The translations under genes and the position numbers were made by a program. The notes under the pieces are model-generated. The model was not told where the DNA came from. It made no database searches and was given only the letters and a program-made list of their open reading frames with translations. Below are positions 1-12,279 of a stretch of 64,000 nt of DNA, one piece after another (position 1 is the first letter of the stretch; each line of letters opens with the position of its first letter). Source of the DNA: Octopus vulgaris (lineage: Eukaryota); the NCBI GenBank assembly GCA_951406725.2, contig OX597814.1:136214001-136278000 (forward strand), read 5' to 3'.

Positions 1-2800
1 AGGCGAGGAAGTCCGTAGGGCCTATACTGCACTCCGGCTCACTGCTCCTCCCGAAAAGCTGGCCGAAATGGTCGTAAAAAGCCTTGCACATCTCGGGTTC
101 GTTTACCAGTTGCCCGTGTTGGTTTGTCATAGACCTTACTGTGACGTTGTTGCCGTGTTGGGCCTCTACCACACGGGCCCATCTTGCAGCGTTGATCCCC
201 TCTTGCCCCATTACACGAAGCTTGGCTCTGACAATACACCCCCCCCATTTCTAGCCTTGGAGTGTTGGCTGAGCGCCAATCTCGCGGCCAACACTTGAGA
301 TGCACTGCCAGTCCTCAATGTCACTTCGAGGGCCTTAACTAAGACCCTTTCTACACTATTCTTCTTAGTTACTAATTCTTTACTACTAAATCTAATTGAC
401 TCAAACTTGATGGCTCTTTTGAGGGCAGACCACCATTTGTTGTTAATAATGGCGCCTGTCAGTACTCCTCACAGGTCAAAAGAGACCTGTCGAGTTTCCA
501 GTAGCTGGTTCCTTGTCTACATATCCTATTTATGACAGGCATACAGGGCACAAGTTTGTGATCACTGTAGATGACATAGTGGAATTGTGGACAAACAGCT
601 ATATTCTTATCTTATCGTCTAACTATAATCCTATCAAGATAAAATCTAGAAGATCCGTCACTGTTCGTCCATGTCCACACTGGAGCGTCTGGAAATTCTA
701 GTCTATACCGATCTGCCTGCTGAAAGCGATTGAGCAGATCGGTGAAACGTGGGTTACTCCTTCTATTTGGATTGGAGCCAACACAATCTACGCGTGCATC
801 ACAGATTGTGTTAAATTCACATAAAAATACTAGAGTATGAGACGTGCTTAGGAAATTTTCTAGGCTTCTAAAATAGTCTGACTAGACACCTACCAGCTTG
901 AAAGTCTTACCACCGCAGAGCATCACATCAAGGACAACCAGCCTGCCTTCCGGGTCAATAAAGTGTGTTCTAGTCTCGAAAGCTAGATTTTTCCCAAGTA
1001 GAATCGCGACACCACTCCCTCACCCTGGTTGGCATGGAGAAATAAATTTCTCGTAGCCGTTCAGGAGGTGGGGAAGACCTGCATCCCACTCAGTCTGATT
1101 TCCGTGGGCACTATCTCATCCAATCTGTGTGACCCGAGGTCATTAAGGAAGCGACTTTGCTTCCAGTCTGACCCCAGGCCACGTACATTTAAATATCCTA
1201 CAGTCAGTGTATCCATAAAAAAGGCTTACCTGTGGTAGCGAAGGGATTATAATCCCTTCTCAGTCTCTTCCGTGTCTTGTGAGGATTCTTGGGTTAGGCC
1301 TTCGTACATAGACGCACAGAAGTCCTTTCTGAGAGTGCCTATGTCGTGGGGGAATCGGGAGTATAGTATATTATAACTTATCTTATTTATAGAATAAATT
1401 AGGATTCCCTCTGGTAGGAGGGTGAAATGTTTGTAAGGTTCTGTAGTTGGTATGTCATGCCGTTCATCTGCTAAGAAATCATTCTCTGTATCTATTGCCA
1501 TGAAATTGAACTCGGTTGCTATTGGAAAGAGAGGGAGGGGAAGCTCATTTTCGAGACTGAGAGAGGTTGATTTGGCTATTTTTTGTTAGTGTTAGGGTTG
1601 GTGGGGGACGAGACAATTTGGAAATCGTGAGTGTCTGCAAGGGGAGATTTTCTCTTGTTGGAGCTGGGGCTAGAGAGGGCGTGATGGCTGTTTCTTCTTT
1701 TTTGTAGTTTCTTTTTGTGGGTTATAGTAGCCCAATCTTGTTTTAGCTTCCTCTTTTTCTGTTGTTGGATTTGTATTCTCCTGTATAGGTAGATCGTTTA
1801 CATCAGCTGTGGTTGTTGGCTCTGAGGGTTGTGTGGGGGAGGAGAGGGGAACTCGGCTCTTACGTGGTCTTTCTCGTCACATTTAAAGCAGCGAGGCCAC
1901 CTCCCCTCGACTGTTACACGTAACTTGGTCTCCTCTCCAATCTGGATAGTCTCTGCTATTTCTTCGAGGTGGGTAGGGGCTGCTTAGATAACTAATTCGA
2001 ACCCCTGGTCTTTCAAGTTCTGCTGCTCGATTTTAGTGGCTTCGAGAATCGATATTTTGTCTTCTAAGCCCATGATAAATACTGCACAAAGCCAGGTGAC
2101 GTCTATCTCGGGAGGAATTTCTCCCACCGTTATTTTGGAAGTGCACCTTCTTAGGTAGGTTGGTAGCAGCACTACCTCGGCTGTTTTCAAAGGTTTAATG
2201 GTGTGTTGCCTGGCTTTTTCCCCACTTTTGAAATGCACAATATTTGTTGCAAATCTCTTTCCTCTTGTTACAAAAGTAATGTCAGACCAAATAGGTTGTA
2301 GATATTTCTCCACGTCTTCTTTCGTTGCTATTTCTAGTTTTTTCTCCTTCACTAAGAAACTTTTGAACACAGTTATTTTCTTTGTTGTGCTTTCTATTAA
2401 TTCACTGGAGAGGGTGGCTTTCAATCCGTGCCTCTCCCTCTGAAACATCTCTTTGTGCTTGTTTAATGCTTCTGGTTCCACATTAATCTTTTTATTCTTT
2501 TTTCGATATACCTGCTGCAGCAGCGAAATGTTTTGTTCAGCTGTTCTTGTTGGCGACCTTCTAGGAAATCCTTGCCTAACGGCATGTTAAGCATTTTATC
2601 CATTGTTCTTTTTATATTTTTGGTTTTTTCCTTAACAGAGGAGCAACTCATGGCTTGGGAATTAATATTCCCACAAATGGCACGATACATGGCAAAAATT
2701 AACAATTTCCCCCTTCGAATGCGGGTAAAAAATGTTCCCAAAAAGTCTGCAACTCCAGAACGTAAACAAATATGGTAACAACAAAAAAAAAAAAAACACA
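1..2800 (-). mobile_element. Degenerate L1/Tx1-like non-LTR retrotransposon (ORF1 plus APE endonuclease part of ORF2), continuing off the window start
   Basis: Minus-strand ORF2 starts at ATG 1216 (MDTLTVGYLNVRGLG). APE motifs follow: WTWTN..SRFYLDRI (~690-625), YSDHKLV (~570-550), SYWKL (~505). ORF1 remnants are ORF 1984..2481, a degenerate zinc knuckle RCFKCDEKDHVRAEF (~1895-1850) and ORF 1247..1501. Many stops and frameshifts. Confidence 0.8.
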
Positions 2801-2990
2801 GAAGAGTTCCAACAATAACTATCTAATAATGTAATACTCACGTTTGAAATAAACCAATCCAAAGGTAAACTTGCACTAAGACTAAAACGTAGGTAAAATT
2901 AACACCTGCAATTAGGGCAAGTTGATGCTGGTTGTTTATCCTCCGACTTTTAGTTCATGCAATTGAAAAAATCGCATTATTTATTGGATG

Positions 2991-3004
2991 GCTCTCTCTC
3001 TCTC

Positions 3005-3035
<31 letters not shown>

Positions 3036-3224
3036 GTGTATATATTTATATATATTTATATATATATGTGTATATATATATGTATATATGTATGTATATA
3101 TATATATGTATATATATATGTATATATATATATATGTATATACATATGTATATATATATGTATATATATGTATATATATATGTATATATATATATGTATA
3201 TATATATATGTACATATATATATG

Positions 3225-3258
<34 letters not shown>

Positions 3259-3260
3259 TA
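2991..3260. repeat. (CT)n/(TA)n/(TATATG)n compound microsatellite
   Basis: Directly visible; the source of the YIYI pseudo-ORFs. Confidence 0.97.
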
Positions 3261-3917
3261 CTAACATTCACACACTTTTTATGATATATGCAAGATTCTT
3301 CTATTCCTTTCAATTTCCTTTGATCCTTGAAGGAAAGTCAATGCTCCAATTATTCTTTTCCTTTTATTGAACACTTTCACCGAGAAAACATATTTCGTTT
3401 TTACACGAGTGCAGATATTTATTTTAGACTCCTGGAATCACCTAAGTTTTAAAGAAAGTTGCATCTTCAAAAAGCCTTAATGAAACAAAATTTACAGCAA
3501 GATACATTAGGCGTACCTTCTGTCTTCTTTCTTGTTCTGTTCGTTTTCTTTTTGTTTTTGTTAACCTCAGATATACTCAAAACTATATTATCGTATCAGC
3601 AAAATTTGGACTTTTCCTCGGTTCACGTGAATTACAAGTCAGTTGTGTAATATGTGCGTATCTGTATCTATCTTTCCATCTATCTATCTATCTATCCAGC
3701 TGTCTTTCTGTCTGTCTGTCTGTCTGTCTGTCTGTATTTATGAAGTAAAATAGGAATTAGATAGATCCAGGCGAATACCTCTCTAAGCAGTTTGTAGAAA
3801 TCGAACCAGTTATTACCACAACAGTTCTTGCACATTGTTAATCTTTCCTTGTGACAGTCCAGTTAAATTCGGTCTACTGATTACAGAGTATATAAAAAAA
3901 AAAACAAAGAATGAAGA

Positions 3918-4002
3918 TGCATTGTCAAAGATTTCTTTTGCTTACACGTGGGTCGTGCTAGGCTATTCGAAGCACGTGTAAGCTAAATAAATCACTGATA
4001 AT

Positions 4003-4005
<3 letters not shown>
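3918..4005. repeat. 88-nt imperfect hairpin (33-nt arms, 22-nt loop)
   Basis: tgcattgtcaaagatttcttttgcttacacgtg (3918-3950) matches the reverse complement of 3973-4005 at 28/33 positions. Confidence 0.8.
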
Positions 4006-4083
<78 letters not shown>

Positions 4084-4096
4084 TGCTTAAAAACAC

Positions 4097-4509
4097 GCAT
4101 TGACGTTTAGGACAGACTCGTGGAAATACTTTGGACAGGCAAGGGTTAAAGATTTATTCCCATCCGCCTAAAGTTCGCCAGTCTCCAATCGCCTCAACTC
4201 TTATGATTTTACATCCACTTTTTAGACGAACTTGAGTACAAGGGAGTTTGTGTACGTGTGAATCAGAGTTGGTCGTGCTGCTTCATAAGTTCAATTTCTA
4301 AGAAAACGCAAATTCTTTAATTATTTCAGTGATTAAGCGAATTTCATTGGAAATTTTTTTGCACAACAAATTTTACTCTCACATCACATTTAAACCTTCA
4401 CTGTAGAATGCAGTCGAAAACTTGCAGCAAGACTTGCCGTACTCGGTTCCTTTCACGAAATTCTTTCTGCTATTATGCCCGCTGTTTTTCACTCATGTTA
4501 TTGCTTTGC

Positions 4510-4555
<46 letters not shown>

Positions 4556-5165
4556 GTTCTCCGACTATGTTCTCTCTTTGTATCTACTGACACTTGTTTT
4601 TTGATATCCTACGTATCTTGTACGTTCGTGGTCAGCTATGTTGGTTCTTCTTATCTGATGTTTTTCTTCTTCTTAATCTTTCTCTTGTTTCTTGTCGTTA
4701 TTCTCTCTTCCTTTGCCTGTTTCATCTAATCTGCTTTCAGGTTACTGCAAGTCTTCAATTGCATTTTACAGTGAAGGGTTAAATGTGAAGTGAGAGTAAA
4801 ATTTGTTGTGCAAAAAAATGATCCGCAGAAATGAAATTCGTTTAAGCACTGACGTAATTAACGAGTTAGCATTTTCTTAGAAATTGAACTTATGAAAGAG
4901 CACGACAAACTATGATTCACACGTATACATACATCCACATACACCAAAACTATTCATAGAATTTTTATCTACCACGAGAAGACAACAGCCTGTAATCCCG
5001 TGTGCTAAAGTCCGTCTAAGAATGCCGCGAAAAATCATCAATCTGGATATAAAATCGTAAGTGCTCAGGCGATTGGAGACTGGTGAACTTTAGGCGGATG
5101 TGAATAAACCTTTATCCCTTTGCCTGTCCAAAGCGTTTTCACAAGTTTGTTCAAATCGTCTATGC
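4097..5165. mobile_element. Foldback/MITE-like element with ~340-bp diverged inverted repeats
   Basis: 4097-4433 is the reverse complement of 4741-5165, e.g. catccgcctaaagttcgccagtctccaatcgcc vs ggcgattggagactggtgaactttaggcggatg. The spacer is CT-rich. Confidence 0.8.
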
Positions 5166-5329
5166 TTCTTTACAAACTTTTAGATAGCCCTGGTTTCATA
5201 CGTTCTGAGTAATATAAAGCTTTCCTTTCATAAGTTCCAAGTTACTCTGGTGATTGGGGTAAAAAGAGGGAATGTGTATCATGGACACCAAGGAAATATG
5301 TTCTGTGTGTAACATATGATACACAGTAC

Positions 5330-6600
5330 AAGCAAAAATATTTTAAGTTTTTAAAATCAACAAATGCAGTCGTCATGTTGAAGAGGAAAAAAAGGAAAGA
5401 TTTTGTCATGACGACTTCGTTGTTACCAGCAGAAAGCAACAAGGAGTAAATTTTGAAAATAATATATACTTGTTATATCAGTGGAGTACGAAATGCAATT
5501 CGACACGCGATTATATCAACTTGTCACGATGGAAAAAGCAACGAACATTTTCAGACACCCACAAGAAAACGAAGGAAATAATTCAGAAATGTTCAGAGTA
5601 AGCAGTTGGTTTGGATGAGTCAAAGGGCTGTATAACTTTCACAATATCTTTATGTCTGGTGAAGCTGCAAGTGTAGATATCTAGGCAACCAAGGTATTTC
5701 CCCTTGTTTCTAAAGAGTATCATCGAATTTGATAATTGTTCTTCCCAAATTATTCAATGCAAATAGGTATCTTATAAAATGTGCTATTCTACGCATTCAT
5801 CTCACGAAAAGAAAAGGAAAAAGCTCTTCTGGGTTCAAGGCTACGAAAGACCACTTGATACAACTTGTCAGTAATTCTCAGGAGAGATTTCAAGCCGAAC
5901 CCATAACTCGTTAACTAGTCAGCAAACATACGAACATAGTTGGTGACTGATAAACTCCCTAACTGTCCGTAAACTTATCGACATGGATAAAGGGTGTAGT
6001 TCTTAATATCAAGGCTAACTAACTTTGTCGCGCTTTCAAGTAGCTTGTTGAAGAGATGAACATTCTGTCAAGGACATTGGGTAAAACTACCATATCATGA
6101 AGCTCGTAGATATGAATGATGTCTGGGTCGAAGAAACCTTGTACTGCATGAATAGAGTATGGAAAAAGCTATAGCCAGAAGCATGCCATGACTTTCTGGA
6201 ATTTTACGAGGAAATACTGCCAACAGTTATTAATGATATAATTGAGCTTGCAATTGAAGGAAGAATCCAAAATGTCAATGCGGAAGATTTGGAGGAATTG
6301 AAAGATTTTGATGGGAAAAGTTTTTGTATTATCTAATGAAGAACTGCGAGAATTAGCAAACCAATACATTTAAAATTAACATGAAGATGAAGATATTAGT
6401 GTAGAGACAAGGTAATTGAAGAAAGACTTCTTACTACTGAATTCCTCAATAACATCATCGTCAAGATTATAAAAATCATGTACCAGTTTATTGAGAACCG
6501 ATCCTGAATGCAGCAGTAGGGCAAAGAGAAATGTTGTAGACATGAAAGCCTACTATCGTGTGATAAAGTCTCCTGAAGACGCAGAAGACATTTAATACAT
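5330..6600 (+). pseudogene. Tigger/pogo (TIGD1-like) transposase relic
   Basis: Fragments FRVSSWF..FHNIFMSGEAASVD (~5590-5680), GFKATKDHL (~5830) and MNRVWKKL (~6150) match TIGD1-type motifs. Heavily frameshifted. Confidence 0.7.
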
Positions 6601-6882
6601 CATTTGGAAAGCAAAGAATGTACCAGAGAGAACGATAACCTTGACCCTCACCCCAGATATTGCATCAGTGCTATATGTGTGTATCGTTGTGTCTATTACC
6701 CCCACCACCACCACCTATCACCACTTGAAACCGATGTTGGTGAGTTGACATTCCCGTAACTTAGCGGTTCTGCAAAAGAGTCCAATAGAATAAGTACTAG
6801 GCTTACAAAATGAGTCTTGGGGTCAATTTGTTCGACTAAAACCCATACACATACACACGAACATACACATACACACGAACAT

Positions 6883-6914
<32 letters not shown>

Positions 6915-6917
6915 CTC

Positions 6918-6957
<40 letters not shown>

Positions 6958-6999
6958 CATATATGCAAGGGATGTAAAGGAAATCTGGGCCGTGGGAGG

Positions 7000-8150
7000 A
7001 GAAAGAATTAAACACTGCAAAATTGTTGTAGTAAATAACCAAAAATACACAGGGTCCTTGTTTTACATGTTGGTCCATGGAATGATGAAAACAGCATTGT
7101 CCGCAATCATGCCAAGCAAATGGATACAATTTTACCGAACAATAATGCTCTGTCTTCAGTGATCCCACTGAAATTTGACAGGCAGCGTTTGTCAAGATAA
7201 CCCCGACATACCATCCCTGACGTAACTTCCTGTGCGACGGACGCCGTTGCTCCAGTAATTAAAATTAAATACTAATTAGTTGTAGGGTCGATAAATTCTT
7301 TCCTAAAAGTCTTGAAAGATGTCACTACCAAATTGCTAAACTCCTGTTGTTAATCACTCGTATAGGAATCAGGTTATACGTATGATGCGTTCGGTGGTGG
7401 ACAACAAAATTTCATAAAATTGTTTTTTTCATCTTGAAGATATACACGAAACCTCATCTTTATTCATGCAAAAAAAAAAAGAGGGTAGTGTGCAGACTCT
7501 TATGCACTGAAATTTATGTAAAAAATTTATGTATATATAAATTTATGTAAAAATGTGAGTGATAGGTAGAGAGAATTCCAAACATTTTAGAGACAAACAA
7601 CTCTTAGACAATCAAATCTACAAAACAAGCTATAAATTAAAAAAAGATATAATTAAAAAAATTTCAATTGTCTCCTTGTTTCAATATATCGTCGCTTATT
7701 AGACAATAATAGTGTTAAAATTTGTAAATAATTCACTAACAAAAATTACCAAGTTAAAGCATAAATATTCTTTGGAAACATTTTAAACAGCGTCTGTAGC
7801 AAATTTGTGAAATGCTGAATACTCCCTTCCTCCACGAACGCGTCATATATACCTGATCATTTTTTATCCCAGTTTGCCATCCCAATTTTCAAACAGAAAC
7901 ATAAGTTTCCTGCAGCAAATTACAGACTGTTATTCCTTATCTCTCATATCCTTAAACTGTTTTGAGATTTCGTGAGATCAAGAATAAATTACTTCCTGTA
8001 GTGCAGCAACAAGCTCTTAAATTCCAGCCAGCATGGCTTTCTAGAAGGCAAAGAGTGATCAAGACATTTCGACATTTTGACACCATTTTGACAACATCGT
8101 ATGTATTTTGAGAATGGACTCTAATGCAGAGGTCATACATCTTGACAGAG
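7000..8150 (-). pseudogene. Possible Harbinger/PIF relic (MADF-like fragment plus transposase fragments)
   Basis: ELVAALQEVIYS*SHEISKQFKDMRDKE (~8020-7935) is MADF-like. YIFKMKK..FYEIL (~7445-7405) and SMDQHVKQGP..YYNN (~7080-7025) resemble the Harbinger AIDGKHV..YFNYK region. Weak, by-eye similarity only. Confidence 0.33.
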
Positions 8151-8219
8151 TTGAGTACAACATTAGAAAATGAAAAGAAAACGAAAGAAAAAATCAAAAG
8201 AAAATGAAAAGATAATCCG

Positions 8220-9560
8220 GAATTAGAGTTCGTAGAAAACTACTGTACTATATTAAGTCATTCCTGATAAACAGACATCAACATATTGTGAATAACGGAA
8301 CTCATTCAAATTCATAAGTTATGAGTGGGTCAATGCACTACTCCTTACAACGACGCCATAAACGTAAGACAAAAATAAACATTTTTGTTGGTCTTTTTAA
8401 GTCTCAGAAAACTACCAACAGAATAGGCGACCGGATAAACTCTAGTCTGATAAACAAACTGTAGTTCAAGGGGTAAAAGATAAAATATGCTGGTAAACGC
8501 GGACAAGTAAGAACTCATATATTTTTGAAAAGCGGATATCTTTAATAACCAAATTCTCTTCCTTCATTTCTCATTCCCCATTCCTAACTCTCATGGAGCC
8601 TCACAATATTAGATACTCAAAAGCAATAGTGAAGAGCACCCCCAGCTGGAGCGCTTATCAGTAATAAAGTTTATACGACACGCTGTATGACATCCGGTTC
8701 CTCTAAATTTTCTAGAAGTCATCGTTTTATTCTCTACCTTTCAGAGTTTCATCTAAAGTACTATAGTTTCATGTACTCTAACTATTCTAAACAAAATGTG
8801 AGAACTGAAGCACCCCAGAGAAAAATTAAAACAAAAATAAATAGAACAAACCTTGATTACTGGTAACACCTCAAAATAAACACGCTGTATTCTCTCCATC
8901 ACAACAATGAACGCCACATAATTTATTTAATACAGAAGGTATATTCTACACACTGAAAGGTCACAGCTCCAGTACTACGGATATATAAGAATGTCGTAGA
9001 AAAGAACCAGCAGAATACCTAGGAATCGTTAGAGAATGAGACGGTTGTATAATATTCATAGTCTCAGATGGACACGCTTGGGAATCCAGCCGGAATGTGT
9101 AGTTAGGGTTGCTACTGATAGAACTAAATGGTGGAGGTATCTGAAGACTCTACTCTTATGACCAAGCCAAGAATAGTGAGGGGAGATGGATAGATGGAGA
9201 GAGAATATACAATCAGGTCACACATATCATGCAAGCTTCCATTTCAAAACTGAGACTGCATGCGATCCGCCTGCGACTAAACACGAACGTAACCATATCA
9301 CGACTAACTATTTATTTTACCTCAACCAGACAGCTTCAACATATTCAAGCATGGTAAATCAGGGAGGAAAAAATCCCTTAACCTTCAAATGGTGCCTTGA
9401 GAAATTTCTCCAAGATAAAGTATTGACTCCTAGATACGTTTCAGCCAACATCTCCCTATTCGAGTGAGCCATGATATCTCAAAATAAGACTTGAAGATTT
9501 TTGTTTGGAGGTGTTTCGCCAAGGTCAAAACTGGCCGAAACCTAAATTTATCTGAGTTCG
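8220..9560 (+). mobile_element. Highly degraded CR1-group LINE 3' portion, interrupted at ~8960-9190
   Basis: YIKSFLINRHQHIVNNGTHS (~8250-8310), LYSL (~8885) and TFKWCLEKFLQ..ISLFE (ORF 9186..9467) parallel the LINEs at 31211-33600 and 45300-48570. The 3' tail ggaggtgt..tggccgaaacc is also similar. Confidence 0.65.
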
Positions 9561-9825
<265 letters not shown>

Positions 9826-10113
9826 AAATACTTGAGTGATAGTACTATCGTAATACCATCACTAGTGGTAGCGAATACCAGCCGTACAGGTAAAATTAAT
9901 AATAAATATATATATATATATATATATATAAAGATATATGCACACACAAACACACACACATACAAAAGGGCACCTGCATCGCTAAAAATAGAGGTCAAAA
10001 ATACTTCTGTGCCACGGAATATTCACGAAACTAATACAAACATGATAGGAAAAAATTCCAGTGAACAATACAATCGTCTTACCTCTGCTAGGTCAGCAAA
10101 AGTAATGCTGGTT

Positions 10114-10174
10114 AGTTTGATATAATGATTTCGAATTTAGCGCCAAACTGTGCCTGATCCTCGTCAGCCAAACC
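10114..10174 (-). ncRNA. Candidate type I minimal hammerhead ribozyme
   Basis: Minus strand reads ggtttgg-CTGACGA-ggat(20-nt loop)attc-GAAA-tcatta-TA-tcaaact. Stem I is 7 bp (2 G-U), stem II is 4 bp, stem III is 2 bp, and the cleavage triplet is AUA. Confidence 0.55.
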
Positions 10175-10251
10175 TGCCAGTCAACAAGTCGCACACACAC
10201 ACACATATATATATTGTATATATGAAATTATGTGTGTTTGTGTATGTGTGA

Positions 10252-10300
<49 letters not shown>

Positions 10301-10320
10301 GCGCACACACATATAAACCC

Positions 10321-10351
<31 letters not shown>

Positions 10352-10367
10352 TGTATGTATGTATGTA

Positions 10368-10414
<47 letters not shown>

Positions 10415-10543
10415 ATGTGTGTATGTATGTATGTATGTATGCATGCATAAACGACAGTCGATTCTACCATGAATAGACTGTTGCAAATATTTCGGTGGAA
10501 GAATTTTCCAAATGTAATACAATAAAAAAAGTAATATATTTAT

Positions 10544-10790
<247 letters not shown>

Positions 10791-11734
10791 AGGTCTATTA
10801 TTTCAAATTTTTAACCAATGTATCCCCGTATGGTTTGTGGAATTCTTGAACTGGAATATGCAACATGAAAACAAAGGATAAAAGAAATATGACTATTGAA
10901 GTGTTCCACAACATACAACTGAGTTAAATGTTCGAAATAACACCTCGTCTGAGAAAAATTCCAGACATTCTGTTAGTGGAAAATTCTCTGTACACTCCGA
11001 AGATAGAATTATTTCCTTCGCTGTTTGTTTTATATTTTTTTTCTGTTTCTATTCCTTTTTTTTTTTTTGTTTACGAAGGCAAGCTGTTTTTTCTTGTGTA
11101 TCCATATCATTGTAATTGCTTCAATCAGGGTTGTTATTGGTGTTGGTGCTGATAGGGAGAACGTCTCTGACGTGTTCGTGATGTTGTTATTGACGTTGCT
11201 GTTGTCATCGTTTAACCTCAGGTCAGTCCATGGTCCGACAGATTTATTCTGAAATGTATCCCAGTCATAGCTGTGCCGTCTATTTAGAGGTTAAAATGTT
11301 GGACTAACTCAGCTAATCTTATACCATTTGTCTTTTACTTGTTTCAGTCATTGGGCTGCGGTCATGCTGGAACACACGTGTGTGTGTGTATATGTACGTA
11401 TCTGTGTATGTGTGTGTATGTTTTTTTGTGTTTTCCCTTTCCCATCACTTGACAACTAGTGTTGGTTTGATTACCTCCCGTAACTTAGCGCTTCGGCCCA
11501 AAAGACCGATTAAATAAGTACCAGATTAAAAAAATAAGTACTAGGGTAGATTTGTCCTACTAAACATTTCGAGGAGGTGCTCCAGCGTAGCTGCAGTCCT
11601 AAGACAGAAACAAGTAAGAAAAAAAAAAAAACTCCAGGAAAAAAGCAGTTTACAAAATTTAACATATTCTTTAAAAATAGATTTCTGAAAACACAGTATC
11701 ATCAAACGCTTGCGAAAAATATCGCCATTTGGAG

Positions 11735-11998
11735 CAGACGTGGATGTGTGGTAAGAAAGTTGCTTTCCAATCACATGGTCCCGGGTTCAGTCCCACTGCG
11801 TGGCACCTTGGGCAAGTGTCTTTCGCTATAGCCTTGTGTCGACCAAAGCCTTGCGAGTGAATTTAGTAGACGGAAACTGAAAGAAGCCTGTCGTATATAT
11901 ATATAGGCTACATCCAGTTTCCGTCTATCTCTCTCTATATATATACACTCATGTATATATGTATATATTTGTGTGTGTATGCATGTTTGTGTGTGTGT

Positions 11999-12050
<52 letters not shown>

Positions 12051-12245
12051 CTCCTACCATCGCTCGGCAAAGGATGTTGGTGTTTTTACGTCTCTGTAAC
12101 TTGGCAGTTCAGCAAAAGGGAACCGTCAGAATAAGTAGTAGGCTTTCAAAGAATAAGTCATGGGGTTGATTTCGTCGACTAAAAACACTTTAAGGCGGCG
12201 CTCCAGCATGGCCGCAGATCAAATGACTGAAGCAAGTAAAAGAGA
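11735..12245 (+). mobile_element. tRNA-derived SINE family A (head + internal TA/TG microsatellite + 3' module), full copy
   Basis: tRNA-like head gtgtggtaag..ggttcagtccc, body ..ggaaactgaaagaagcc, microsatellite, tail ggcggcgctccagcatggccgcag. Other full or partial copies: ~6690-6840, 11440-11620, 12420-12815(-), 13893-14235(-), 19518-19705, 37290-38378 (three), 43683-44725 (split), 49525-49900, 56378-56820(-), 59325-59487(-), 59540-59770. Confidence 0.9.
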
Positions 12246-12279
12246 TAAAAAATATCGGGTAAAATATTTAATATTTGAG

